A stretch of DNA of 62,168 nt, from the NCBI GenBank assembly GCA_016199675.1, contig JACQGE010000117.1:1-62168 (forward strand). The letters run 5' to 3'. The translations under genes and the position numbers were made by a program. Source of the DNA: Acidobacteriota bacterium (lineage in GTDB: Bacteria > Acidobacteriota > Terriglobia > 2-12-FULL-54-10). Below, one piece after another: positions 10,183-19,737 of the stretch (its first letter is position 1; every line of letters begins with the position of its first letter). The notes under the pieces are model-generated. The model was not told where the DNA came from, ran no database searches, and saw only the letters and a program-made list of their open reading frames with translations.

Positions 10183-11337
10183 TTAGTGAAATACAACCGC
10201 GATTCCGCGCTTGAGCTGGCCGCTTTTTTTCACAGCATGGCTCCGCACTAACTGACTCTTCAAAACTTGGAAGGACTGGCCGAAAAGTGCATCAAGGGAG
10301 GCCTGGAACTCAATTTCCAGCGGGCCTTGTGGATCGGGATCGTTTTCGAGCAGGAAATAGGCGCCGTGAAGGGTAAGATTTTCCAACATGGTTTGCTCTT
10401 CAAAAGGAGCCCCATTATTGAGTTGCCCACGAATCTTCAGAGGCACACGGGCGACTTGCCGTGTTCCGTTGCGCCTTCTCTCTTCCTGATCTTGAGGTTT
10501 CAGGTGCTCATCCAACGCCATATCTATTTCCATTCCTTCCCAAGCAGCGACAGAATTGGGAAAGAACTTTCGAGTCTCGCTGAGGATGGAATCAATAAAA
10601 GCATCTTTATGGTCGGGATCATGGTGGAACAGGACGAGCTGCTTGATTTGCGCTTCTTGGGCAATGTTCACGGCTTCCCGCCAAGTGGAATGACCCCATC
10701 CTTTTTTTTGGCTGGCATATTCGAGGGGAGTGTATTGCGCGTCATAGATGAAAACGTCCGCTTTCTCGGCAAGTTTTCGCACATTGCGGTCATGGTCCAG
10801 CGAACCAGGCTCGTTGTCAGTGGCATAAACCAGAACATGGCCATTGCACTCCAGCCGATAGCCCAGACATCCCTGAGGATGGTTCAGAGGGAGTACTTTG
10901 ACCATGACACCTCTGCAAACAACCGAATCTTCCTTCACTAAATCAAAATGCCGGTGGGCGCGCATCGTATTCATGTCCACGGGGAAAAAAGGATAGGACA
11001 TTTGCCCTTCGAGGATTTCCTGGACGCCTCGCGTCTGCGCCGGAAAAGAATGGAAATAGAAGTGGTTTTCTGGGTTGTAGAGTGGTTCGAAGAAGGGGAT
11101 TCCCTGAATATGATCCCAGTGATAGTGAGAAAAAAAGACGCAAGCTTCCAAGCTCTTGGGGCCGAACTCCAACAAAAGTTGCTTGCCGAGCATGCGGAGT
11201 CCGCTGCCGCCGTCGAGTATGAGAATTTCCCCCTTCGGGGTTCGAACCTCCACGCAGGGAGTGTTGCCCCCGTACCGAAAATCATCCGGCGACGGCGTCG
11301 GAGTGGATCCCCGAACCCCCCAAAAGCGCACCTTCAT
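10183..11337 (-). CDS. MBL-fold metallo-hydrolase with C-terminal PilZ-like domain
   Basis: N-terminal MBL motif ...FFSHYHWDHIQG.... The C-terminal ~100 aa carry RRNGTR (RxxxR) and NLTLHG (a D/NxSxxG variant). Confidence 0.75.
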   Translation of the reverse strand: MKVRFWGVRGSTPTPSPDDFRYGGNTPCVEVRTPKGEILILDGGSGLRMLGKQLLLEFGPKSLEACVFFSHYHWDHIQGIPFFEPLYNPENHFYFHSFPAQTRGVQEILEGQMSYPFFPVDMNTMRAHRHFDLVKEDSVVCRGVMVKVLPLNHPQGCLGYRLECNGHVLVYATDNEPGSLDHDRNVRKLAEKADVFIYDAQYTPLEYASQKKGWGHSTWREAVNIAQEAQIKQLVLFHHDPDHKDAFIDSILSETRKFFPNSVAAWEGMEIDMALDEHLKPQDQEERRRNGTRQVARVPLKIRGQLNNGAPFEEQTMLENLTLHGAYFLLENDPDPQGPLEIEFQASLDALFGQSFQVLKSQLVRSHAVKKSGQLKRGIAVVFH

Positions 11338-11563
11338 GGTTGTTTAGTCTACCACTAAAAGTCTGCTTGCCTCTCAAAAAAGGGGGAATTAGGCTGCAAC
11401 GTTGCCCCGCCCAGGAGCACCTGAACACATGCGAAGGTTTGTGCCAAGATAATGTCCACTTCCAAGTAACTTGAGAGAAGCAATTGGGTTAGGGGGCCAG
11501 TGCGCTCCCACTCACCCCCTCGGATTTTGTGATACCCTGTTAAAAGTTGCCCCGGAGGGTTCT

Positions 11564-12019
11564 GTGAAATCCATTCGCGAGCTACTGAATCCGCAGCAGA
11601 TATATTGTGTTGGTAAAGGCCAGTCAGTACTGGAAGTCGCTCAGCGGATGACGGAATGGAACATGGGGGCAGTGAGCATTCTGGATGGAGAGAGGCTGGT
11701 GGGAATCTTCTCCGAGCGGGATTTGATGAACCGTGTGGTCAGCCGAGGTCTTTCGCCGGTAAGCACCCGCGTCGAGCAAGTCATGACGTCGAATCCGGTA
11801 ATCGTGGAGGCCAATAGTACCGTGGAACATTGCATGCGGGTGATGAACCAAGCCAAGTGCCGCCATCTTCCTGTAGTTACCGAAGGCAGACTGGTCGGCA
11901 TGATTTCCATGCGGGACCTGCAACTTCATAATCTAGAAGAAAAGGACACTGAAATCGAATTGATGCGGGCTTTCATCCATCATGTTCCACCCTCCACGCC
12001 GACAGATTCCGAGCTTTAG
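11564..12019 (+). CDS. CBS domain pair protein
   Basis: Two CBS repeats (GAVSILDGERLVGIFSERDL..., HLPVVTEGRLVGMISMRDL). Start set at GTG 11564, four nt after GGAGGG; the track ORF begins at 11471. Confidence 0.75.
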   Translation: MKSIRELLNPQQIYCVGKGQSVLEVAQRMTEWNMGAVSILDGERLVGIFSERDLMNRVVSRGLSPVSTRVEQVMTSNPVIVEANSTVEHCMRVMNQAKCRHLPVVTEGRLVGMISMRDLQLHNLEEKDTEIELMRAFIHHVPPSTPTDSEL

Positions 12020-12104
12020 ACGATACCTAAGAGTAGGCCGTTGTGGTTTGCGTGAGGGCGCGTTGGCAGCAAGTCCCGAGCGCAAAGGAGCTTTCAACTC
12101 AGGG

Positions 12105-12494
12105 ATGAAAGAGCCTGTAACTGCAATTCTCATTTTCGCTCATGGCTCCGCTGTGCCCGAGGCTAACCAGAGCGTGGCCCGACTGGCTGCGGAGGTATCC
12201 CGGCGCGCTCACTACCCGGCGGGTTGCGCTTTTCTGGAGTTGGCCCAGCCAGACCTAGCTACTGCGGTCGCGGATTTCGTGGCCAGCGGCATTCGCAGAA
12301 TTGTGCTCATTCCCTATTTCCTTTCGATGGGGGTACACGTCCGTCAGGATTTACCCCGTTTGGTTGAACAACAGCGTGCCTCGTTCCCCGAGGTCGAGAT
12401 TTTAATGGGCCAGTCTCTGGAGAGTTATCCAGGCATGGTAGAGGTGGTCCTCAATCGGGTAAAGGAAACGTTGCCAAGCGGAGGGAATTTCTAA
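12105..12494 (+). CDS. cbiX: CbiX-type sirohydrochlorin chelatase (short form)
   Basis: MKEPVTAILIFAHGSAVPEANQ... and IVLIPYFLSMGVHV are typical of CbiX. Start at ATG 12105 (AGGAG upstream). Confidence 0.65.
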   Translation: MKEPVTAILIFAHGSAVPEANQSVARLAAEVSRRAHYPAGCAFLELAQPDLATAVADFVASGIRRIVLIPYFLSMGVHVRQDLPRLVEQQRASFPEVEILMGQSLESYPGMVEVVLNRVKETLPSGGNF

Positions 12495-12519
12495 GACGGG
12501 GGAATTCGGGAGTCGCAGA

Positions 12520-13356
12520 ATGCAGAAAGCCTTTTCTACTTACCTTTTTCGGGAATCGGTTTTGGGAGTTCACCTGCTCGATCAGGTTGCCCGCGCCGGC
12601 TTTGAGTGGATCGAAGTCTATTGCTCCCGCCAGCATTTCGATTACACCAATCCCGGCCACGTGAGAGAGATTGCGGAATGGTTTGCCGATTCCCCCGTGA
12701 AACTGCATTCATTGCATTCTCCTCTTTCCCATGATCCGGAGGGGACTTCCCACCATTCTGTAGTTTCCATCGCATTTGTGGAGAAACAGCGCCGCCAGGA
12801 CTCCATGGATGAAATCAAACGGGCATTGGAAGTAGCCGAGAGCGTGCCTTTCCGCTATTTGGTGACGCATCTCGGCGTTCCCGGAGAAGAATACGACCTG
12901 CGAAAATTTGACGCCGCGCTGACCAGCTTGGAGCATTTACGTTTGTTTGCCAGCCAGCGGGGAGTTGAAATTCTCCTGGAAAACATCCCCAATGAGCTTT
13001 CTACTCCCGGCCGCTTGCTGGAATTCTTTCAACATACTCATCTGCGCGATTTGCGAGTCTGCTTCGACAGCGGCCATGCGCAACTGGACGGCAATGTGCG
13101 AGAAGCCTTAGCAAAGCTGGAAAATTCTATTGCGGCGGTTCACCTGCACGATAATGGCGGAACGGCAGACGACCATCGGCTTCCATTCGAGGGTATCCTT
13201 CCCTGGAAGGATTTTATCCCCAACCTTGCTCGTACCGCTCCGGAGGCTGCCTGGTTGCTGGAGTTTCGGGATGCGGAGCGGACTCACTACGATTTGGACA
13301 AGGCGGCTGGAGTGTTTGCTCGATTCGAACGCATTCTGGAGGAGAGAGAAGCATGA
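12520..13356 (+). CDS. Sugar phosphate isomerase/epimerase (xylose isomerase-like TIM barrel)
   Basis: 278 aa with the family pattern ...LVTHLG..., [20 protein letters not shown]. Confidence 0.75.
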   Translation: MQKAFSTYLFRESVLGVHLLDQVARAGFEWIEVYCSRQHFDYTNPGHVREIAEWFADSPVKLHSLHSPLSHDPEGTSHHSVVSIAFVEKQRRQDSMDEIKRALEVAESVPFRYLVTHLGVPGEEYDLRKFDAALTSLEHLRLFASQRGVEILLENIPNELSTPGRLLEFFQHTHLRDLRVCFDSGHAQLDGNVREALAKLENSIAAVHLHDNGGTADDHRLPFEGILPWKDFIPNLARTAPEAAWLLEFRDAERTHYDLDKAAGVFARFERILEEREA

Positions 13357-14699
13357 GCCAGGACGATCCCTCTCCGGCAGGAGTAACCAAAGGCTTGGCA
13401 CCAGTTGTGACTATCGAGCAGATTGCGAACTGGGAAGGTCAGGAAGTTATCATCCGAGGCTGGCTCTACAACCTACGCGAGGCTGGCAAGCTGCTCTTCC
13501 CCATCTTCCGAGACGGAACGGGCTTGCTGCAAGGCGTGGTGGCGAAGAACGCAGTTACGCCGGAGATTTTCGCGCTGGCCAAGGGGCTGACCCAGGAGTC
13601 TTCCCTGCTTGTTACTGGCAAAGTGCGTGCCGACGCCCGCGCTCCGGGCGGCTATGAGCTGGATGTCTCCCATTTGCAAGTGGTGCAGTTGGTTCCCGCA
13701 GAAGAGCCTTACCCCATTACACCCAAGGAACACGGGATCGAGTTCCTGATGGACCACCGGCATCTGTGGCTGCGCTCCCAGCGCCAGCATGCCATACTGC
13801 GCATCCGGCACGAGATTTCAAAGGCCTGCCGCGATTATCTGGACGGGGAGGGTTACACGCTGGTGGACGCCCCGATCCTCACTCCGGCGGCTTGCGAAGG
13901 CACTACGACGCTGTTTGAGACGCAGTATTTCGACGAGAAAGCCTACCTCACGCAGTCTGGCCAGCTTTACAGCGAGGCTACCGCTGCCGCTTTTGGGAAA
14001 GTCTACTGCTTCGGGCCGACGTTTCGAGCCGAGAAATCAAAAACCCGCCGCCACCTGACGGAGTTCTGGATGGTGGAGCCGGAGGCGGCCTTCGCCACCT
14101 TGGAAGACATGATGGACCTGGCCGAGCGCTTCGTGACCTATATCATCAAGCAGGTCCTCGAAAAACGCCGCCCGGAGTTGGAAGCGCTGGAACGCGACGT
14201 ATCGCGCCTGGAGCAGATCGAGCCTCCCTTCCCGCGAATCACCTACGACGAAGCCGTCGAGATTCTGAAACGCAAGGGCAGCGACATCCGCTGGGGCGGG
14301 GACTTTGGAGGGACCGATGAAACCTTAATAGGCGAGGAATTCTCCAAGCCTGTGCTGGTGCACCGCTTCCCGGCCTCCATCAAGGCATTTTATATGCAGC
14401 CAGACCCCGAACGTTCTGAATTGGCGCTGGGCGTGGACATGCTGGCTCCGGAAGGGTACGGAGAAATCATCGGCGGCGGACAGCGCGTTTCCGATTACAA
14501 CCTGCTCCTCAGCCGCATTCAAGAACAGAACCTGCCGCGAGAGGCGTTTGAATGGTATCTAGACCTGCGGAAATACGGCTCGGTTCCCCACGCTGGTTTC
14601 GGCATGGGCATCGAGCGCGCCGTGGCCTGGATTTGCAGCCTGGAACATGTGCGGGAAACCATCCCCTTCCCCCGAATGCTTTACCGGCTGCGACCGTGA
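13353..14699 (+). CDS. asnS: Asparagine--tRNA ligase
   Basis: 448 aa with class II aaRS motifs, including [21 protein letters not shown] and [12 protein letters not shown] overlap with the upstream gene. Confidence 0.9.
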   Translation: MSQDDPSPAGVTKGLAPVVTIEQIANWEGQEVIIRGWLYNLREAGKLLFPIFRDGTGLLQGVVAKNAVTPEIFALAKGLTQESSLLVTGKVRADARAPGGYELDVSHLQVVQLVPAEEPYPITPKEHGIEFLMDHRHLWLRSQRQHAILRIRHEISKACRDYLDGEGYTLVDAPILTPAACEGTTTLFETQYFDEKAYLTQSGQLYSEATAAAFGKVYCFGPTFRAEKSKTRRHLTEFWMVEPEAAFATLEDMMDLAERFVTYIIKQVLEKRRPELEALERDVSRLEQIEPPFPRITYDEAVEILKRKGSDIRWGGDFGGTDETLIGEEFSKPVLVHRFPASIKAFYMQPDPERSELALGVDMLAPEGYGEIIGGGQRVSDYNLLLSRIQEQNLPREAFEWYLDLRKYGSVPHAGFGMGIERAVAWICSLEHVRETIPFPRMLYRLRP

Positions 14700-14746
14700 C
14701 TCCGAGCCGCGAAAGTGAGGGAGCGGTTCCTGAGTCGTCCGGGTAG

Positions 14747-14782
14747 CCACGACGAGCGGTTTCCTCGTCGTGGGCTTTTCTC
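14747..14782 (+). terminator. Rho-independent terminator of asnS
   Basis: Perfect 10-bp stem CCACGACGAG/CTCGTCGTGG, 7-nt loop, then GCTTTTCTCT. Confidence 0.75.
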
Positions 14783-14796
14783 TAATTGCAAATCAC

Positions 14797-15441
14797 ATGG
14801 AACTGACGCCCGGTTATCTCTGTAGGGGAACCTTCCTGGCGGCTGAGCAGGCATGGCACCTGTTACATGATGCAAACCTGCTCTACGGTCAGAAGCGGTA
14901 CGCGAATTCTCTGGTTTTGAGCGTGTACTCCGTCGAAGAAGTCGGGAGGTCTCGCATTTATCTGGAAAGCACAAAACAGGTGTTGCAGGGCAAAGTTATT
15001 ACCCTTGAAGATCTCAGGAAGCGATGCAGGGATCACATGGAGAAATTGGCGCAGGGACGAAGCCCAGAAATGATTCATGTAGCTGCGTTCATACCGCCTG
15101 AGTTTCCCGCTCCGGGCAGCCCCGAAGAATCCAAGTTCGCTCAACACTGGCAGGAACTGAGAAAAGCGCGAGAGGCAGCAGCGCCAAGGAAAACTCATGC
15201 TGAGAGGTTGCAAGCACTGTACGTTGATCCGATTGACGGCGAGGGAGAGTGGAACGTACCATCAAACATCGAAGAATTCGACGCTTTGGATATGCTTTAT
15301 GTCGCTGGTTACGAATACGAAAAACATCGGACAAAGTTGAACCGTTTGCTCCAAGACAGAACGGAATTTCAACAAATTGCGTCACGGGTTCCGCTCCCCA
15401 ATCTGCCAGAAACTATTTGCTTTCCCGATTGGAAGCTTTAG
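14797..15441 (+). CDS. AbiV-like (HEPN-type) abortive-infection family protein
   Basis: Helical N-terminus A..AWHLLHDANLLYGQKRYANSLVLSVYSVEEVGR. RKRCRDHMEK fits Rx4-6H. The C-terminal AERLQALYVDP matches my recollection of AbiV. GTG 14770 lies inside the asnS terminator, so ATG 14797 is preferred. Confidence 0.55.
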   Translation: MELTPGYLCRGTFLAAEQAWHLLHDANLLYGQKRYANSLVLSVYSVEEVGRSRIYLESTKQVLQGKVITLEDLRKRCRDHMEKLAQGRSPEMIHVAAFIPPEFPAPGSPEESKFAQHWQELRKAREAAAPRKTHAERLQALYVDPIDGEGEWNVPSNIEEFDALDMLYVAGYEYEKHRTKLNRLLQDRTEFQQIASRVPLPNLPETICFPDWKL

Positions 15442-15472
15442 AAACAACTACGGTAAACGAAACGGGGCGTTC

Positions 15473-16153
15473 ATGAAAAGTCGCGAAAAGATATTGAAAG
15501 AATGGGAGGCGAGATCCCCATTGTCCGAAGGCCTTCTACGCGAAGCCAATAGATTCCTTATTTACCCATTTCCCCCACGTCGAACCCGGGGGAACTTGGC
15601 CACTCTGAAGTGGTTCGATGACCGGGAGCGACAACTCGCGGAGTGGCGTAAGACCTTCGCTCCACATCCGATAGAGAAATCTGATCTCCTTTTCCAAGAC
15701 CTCTCACCAGTTTTGCTTAACCAACTCTACTGCCGGGACCTTCTCCGGCAAGTCCCAGAGATGGTTGAGCGGACTCGAAAGTTGTTACTACTGGTTCTCT
15801 CGGAAATCAAAGATCAGCAGTCGTTCATCTATCTCAGGGAGGCGGCGAACTGTTACATACTTGGGCTCCCACAAGCCGCCATTGCTCTCTCCCGTGCCGC
15901 TGTCGAAGCTCACCTGCGAACCGCCGTGTCGAAGCACTATGGGAAAAAGGTGGTAGAGGAAGCAAGTTTCTCCAAAACCATCAACTTTGCGGTTCGACTA
16001 AGATTACTCTCTCCTAAGGGACAAAAGCTCGTCACGAAGGTAAAAGACGCCGGTGATAGCGTGTTACATATCAGGCCAGCGGAGTACGAGACGACCGCAT
16101 TAGATGTTCTCGAAGCTGCGCGTGCCGTCATCTTGGAGATGGGCGGGAAATAG
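15473..16153 (+). CDS. Hypothetical protein with C-terminal DUF4145-like (HEPN-like) domain
   Basis: The C-terminal ~110 aa (LREAANCYILGLPQAAIALSRAAVEAHLR...VKDAGDSVLH...ALDVLEAARAVI) resemble DUF4145. The N-terminal half is unassigned. Stop is 9 nt before arginase. Confidence 0.5.
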   Translation: MKSREKILKEWEARSPLSEGLLREANRFLIYPFPPRRTRGNLATLKWFDDRERQLAEWRKTFAPHPIEKSDLLFQDLSPVLLNQLYCRDLLRQVPEMVERTRKLLLLVLSEIKDQQSFIYLREAANCYILGLPQAAIALSRAAVEAHLRTAVSKHYGKKVVEEASFSKTINFAVRLRLLSPKGQKLVTKVKDAGDSVLHIRPAEYETTALDVLEAARAVILEMGGK

Positions 16154-16162
16154 AAGGGTCAA

Positions 16163-17077
16163 GTGAAGATGCGCAAAATCAAAATCATCGGCGTGCCCTT
16201 AGATCTCGGCCAGGAGCGCCGGGGTGTGGATATGGGACCGTCCGCGCTACGCGTAGCAGGATTGAATGACCGCATTGCCGAGCTTGGTTGCAAGGTCGAG
16301 GATGAAGGCAACCTGCATGTGCCGATCCGTGAGATGCAGCGGGTCGGGAATCATCACGCCAAGTATTTGAAGGAAATTGCAGCGGTCTGCAAGCAGCAGG
16401 CTTCCTGGGTTTTGCGGACACTGCGACAGGGGTATCTGCCACTGGTACTCGGCGGCGATCATTCGATTGCAGTCGGCACAGTGTCGGGAGTGGCAGAGTT
16501 CTATCGCCGCAAGAGAAAGAAGATAGGGCTGATCTGGGTGGACGCTCACGCGGACATGAATACGCCGCAAACCTCCCCCAGCGGGAATGTCCACGGGATG
16601 CCGCTGGCGAGTTGCCTGGGCTATGGGCCACGGGAACTGACTCATCTCTTCGATGCCTCCCCAGCCGTGGACCCGCGCAATGCGGTCTTGGTTGGCGTGC
16701 GCGAAGTTGACCCGCAGGAAAAGGGAACTGTGGCCGAAAGCGGCCTGACGGTCTATACCATGCGGAACATTGACGAGCGGGGGTTACGAGTCGTGATGCA
16801 GGAGGCCATCGCCATTGCCGATCGCGACACCGCCGGGTTTTGCGTCACCCTGGACATGGACTTTGTGGACCCCTCGGAAGCCCCCGGCGTGGGCACGCCC
16901 GTGCGTGGCGGGGCTACCTACCGGGAAGCGCACTTGGTGATGGAGATGGTGGCTGACGCCGGCCGGATGCTGTCGCTGGAAATCGTCGAGGTCAACCCGG
17001 TCATTGACGTGGCCAACCGGACCGCGAATCTGGCCGTGGAACTGACTCTTTCGGCCCTGGGCAAGAAAATCCTTTAA
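16163..17077 (+). CDS. rocF: Arginase
   Basis: Ureohydrolase motifs GGDHSIAVG, WVDAHADMNT, LDMDFVDPSEAPGVGTP. GTG start. Confidence 0.9.
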   Translation: MKMRKIKIIGVPLDLGQERRGVDMGPSALRVAGLNDRIAELGCKVEDEGNLHVPIREMQRVGNHHAKYLKEIAAVCKQQASWVLRTLRQGYLPLVLGGDHSIAVGTVSGVAEFYRRKRKKIGLIWVDAHADMNTPQTSPSGNVHGMPLASCLGYGPRELTHLFDASPAVDPRNAVLVGVREVDPQEKGTVAESGLTVYTMRNIDERGLRVVMQEAIAIADRDTAGFCVTLDMDFVDPSEAPGVGTPVRGGATYREAHLVMEMVADAGRMLSLEIVEVNPVIDVANRTANLAVELTLSALGKKIL

Positions 17078-17177
17078 GCACCCGTCATCAAAATCTCACC
17101 TTATAGGCTGATCTCTTGGAAAGCTGCGCACTCTTGGCAGACAATGTTACTTTGCATACTTGGACAGGACACGTCTC

Positions 17178-18320
17178 ATGGCGCGAAAACTGCGGTTAGG
17201 GATTTTGTTTGGCGGGCGTTCGGGAGAACACGAAATCTCGCTCCGCTCCGCTGAAAATATCATTGCCGCCGCTGACCCCAAAAAATACACGGTAATTCCG
17301 ATTGGGATTACCAAGCAGGGTCAATGGCGAGTGAAAATCCCACCGGAGGTCACGGGCACACACCTGGATTTACAAGCTGTCCTGCGGAAAGGGGTGGAGG
17401 TTGCGCTGGCCGCCAGTCCTCATGCCCGGTTTCCTTTAATTCCGCTCAAGGGTTCCGTAAGTGCTTCGCGCCTCGGCAAACTGGATGCCATCTTCCCAGT
17501 GCTGCACGGGACATTCGGCGAAGACGGGACTGTTCAAGGACTGCTCGAATTAGCTGGCATCCCTTATGTGGGAGCAGGCGTGCTCGGCTCGGCGACAGGC
17601 ATGGACAAGGACGTAATGAAGCGCCTGTTCCGTGAACGTGGGTTGCCGATTGTGCCCTATTTGGTCGTGCGCCGCGCGGATGTGGAGGCAGCAGGTCGGA
17701 TGGTCTGTCTGGCTATCGAGAAGAAACTGCGCTATCCGGTTTTCGTCAAGCCAGCCAATTTAGGCTCTTCGGTAGGGATCAGCAAGGCCCGCAACCGGAA
17801 GGAACTCGATGCCGCGCTGCGTTTGGCTGCAGAGTACGACCGCAAGATTCTCATCGAACGAGCCGTGGATGGGAGAGAAATTGAATGCGCTGTCTTGGGG
17901 AATGAGGAACCCATCGCATCCGTGCCGGGGGAAATCATTTCCGGCCGCGAATTTTATGATTACGCCGCCAAGTACCTGGAGGATACTTCGCAGTTGCTGG
18001 TGCCTGCGCCCCTGGCTCCCACGCAGGTGAAACAGGTGCAGCGGCTGGCGATAGCGGCCTTCCAGGCAACCGAATGCGCCGAGATGGCGCGCGTGGATTT
18101 CTTTCTCGAAAAGAAAACCGGAAAAATTTTCGTCAACGAGATCAATACCATTCCCGGTTTCACCTCCATCAGTATGTACCCCCGAATGTGGGAAGCGAGC
18201 GGCCTGTCCTATTCAAACCTCATTGACAGCCTCGTCGCGTTGGCGCTCGAACGCCACCGGGAGACTACTCAAACGCGTTATTCCCTCGAAACTCCCAGCA
18301 CAATAAAGAAAAAACGTTGA
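17178..18320 (+). CDS. ddl: D-alanine--D-alanine ligase
   Basis: [19 protein letters not shown]..., ATP-grasp body, EINTIPGFT. Start at ATG 17178 (track TTG 17160). Confidence 0.9.
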   Translation: MARKLRLGILFGGRSGEHEISLRSAENIIAAADPKKYTVIPIGITKQGQWRVKIPPEVTGTHLDLQAVLRKGVEVALAASPHARFPLIPLKGSVSASRLGKLDAIFPVLHGTFGEDGTVQGLLELAGIPYVGAGVLGSATGMDKDVMKRLFRERGLPIVPYLVVRRADVEAAGRMVCLAIEKKLRYPVFVKPANLGSSVGISKARNRKELDAALRLAAEYDRKILIERAVDGREIECAVLGNEEPIASVPGEIISGREFYDYAAKYLEDTSQLLVPAPLAPTQVKQVQRLAIAAFQATECAEMARVDFFLEKKTGKIFVNEINTIPGFTSISMYPRMWEASGLSYSNLIDSLVALALERHRETTQTRYSLETPSTIKKKR

Positions 18321-18437
18321 GGAGGATAGCGAATTCTGCGGACTGTGGGAAAAACGCCCTCTTCTTTTCGCTTCAGTATTTCATTTCTTTTTCAGTGGAA
18401 TATTGTATTTAGGTTATTCCCCGCCGCATTCCTTCGC

Positions 18438-18466
18438 TTGACGCTCCGCTAAAAGAAGTGTATCTT
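18438..18466 (+). promoter_or_regulatory. Candidate sigma70-type promoter for the patatin gene
   Basis: TTGACG, 17-nt spacer, TATCTT, about 40 nt upstream of ATG 18505. Confidence 0.35.
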
Positions 18467-18504
18467 GGCTTTCCCCCATCTTCGCTTTGCTACTTCAATA
18501 CTGA

Positions 18505-19737
18505 ATGTTAACTTCCAGCAGCAATAACAAAAAAATCGGGCTTGTTCTTTCTGGCGGCGGCGCGAAAGGAGCCTATCAAATCGGTTGCTGGAAATCTCTC
18601 CGCAGAGCTGGATATACAAATTGGGGAGGGCTTGCGGGAACCTCTGTGGGAGCCATGAACGCGGTATTAATTGCCAGCGGCAGGTTTGAGGATACCGAGT
18701 CAGCATGGAGAGAGGTTCGTTTTCGGGAAATTTTTGGAATCAAACCTCATCGGTTGGTGTGGTTCCCTGTCGGAGTGATTGCTTCGCTCCTGTTAGAGTT
18801 GTTGCGGAGCAAGATGCGCAAAGTGTCGATCTCCGGACTCATTCTTAAGCAGAGATTTTCACTAGTGCAATCTTCCTTATTTACAGGAGACCTCTCAGCT
18901 TTCTGGTCCCTGTGTGGATTAGTCGGCTTAGCGTCCCTGGCTCTTTTTTTTAATGGCGTTCGGCAAGCCTTTCTGCGGTGGTTCTCTGCTGCGAAGAATC
19001 CACTACGAGCACTGCTGGATAGGGCAGTGGCAGAGGCCGATATTGAAACGATAAAACGAGCAGGGACGCCGGTTTATGCGACCCTTTCCCGTTATCATGC
19101 CGGCACGGGTTGGGTCCCTCAATATTCACGATTGGACAAATTGGGCAAGGGCGGCGTCCTAAATATTCTTCTGGAAAGCGCAGGTTTTACGGGAATACGA
19201 CCTATCCGCCACTTTTTTGGTCCCTATCCGGTGGATGGCAAATGGGCCGACAACCTCCCCGCAGCACCCCTTCTTTTTGATCCAGAGGTGCATGTGGATG
19301 TCATTTTCGTGCTCGACATCAGCAAGAGGGCTTGCCCAGCCGGCAGGTTCAAACGTTTGTCTTCGATTTTGGGCAAACCATTCAGGGCACTCCTGGGGTG
19401 CGAAAATCGAGAAAAGCAGGACCTTCTGACTCAGGCGAATCAGAGATGGCATGCCTACAATCGTTATCTTTTTGGCCAGAAAGGAGAGGGGCTTGCTGCG
19501 CTACCTAAAAATACTGATGGCAGTTCAACTCAACTTCCCCAGTCTCTCCCCGTCATCGTGCGCGTGAGTCCTTCGCAGCCATTGGGAAGCTTTTTCTGGT
19601 TTTCGAGAAGCAAGACCAAAAGGCTAATGGAATTGGGCGAAAAAGATATGGATCAAGTATTGGCGGCGCTGCAATCGCAGAATCATGAGGCCGGAGCAAT
19701 CACTGAGCCGCAGCTTTGCTCCTTTTCTGTGGCCTGA
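18505..19737 (+). CDS. Patatin-like phospholipase with an internal hydrophobic insertion
   Basis: GLVLSGGGAKGAYQIG (oxyanion), GTSVGA (GxSxG) and VDGKWADNLP (catalytic Asp). Two hydrophobic segments lie between the motifs. Confidence 0.8.
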   Translation: MLTSSSNNKKIGLVLSGGGAKGAYQIGCWKSLRRAGYTNWGGLAGTSVGAMNAVLIASGRFEDTESAWREVRFREIFGIKPHRLVWFPVGVIASLLLELLRSKMRKVSISGLILKQRFSLVQSSLFTGDLSAFWSLCGLVGLASLALFFNGVRQAFLRWFSAAKNPLRALLDRAVAEADIETIKRAGTPVYATLSRYHAGTGWVPQYSRLDKLGKGGVLNILLESAGFTGIRPIRHFFGPYPVDGKWADNLPAAPLLFDPEVHVDVIFVLDISKRACPAGRFKRLSSILGKPFRALLGCENREKQDLLTQANQRWHAYNRYLFGQKGEGLAALPKNTDGSSTQLPQSLPVIVRVSPSQPLGSFFWFSRSKTKRLMELGEKDMDQVLAALQSQNHEAGAITEPQLCSFSVA

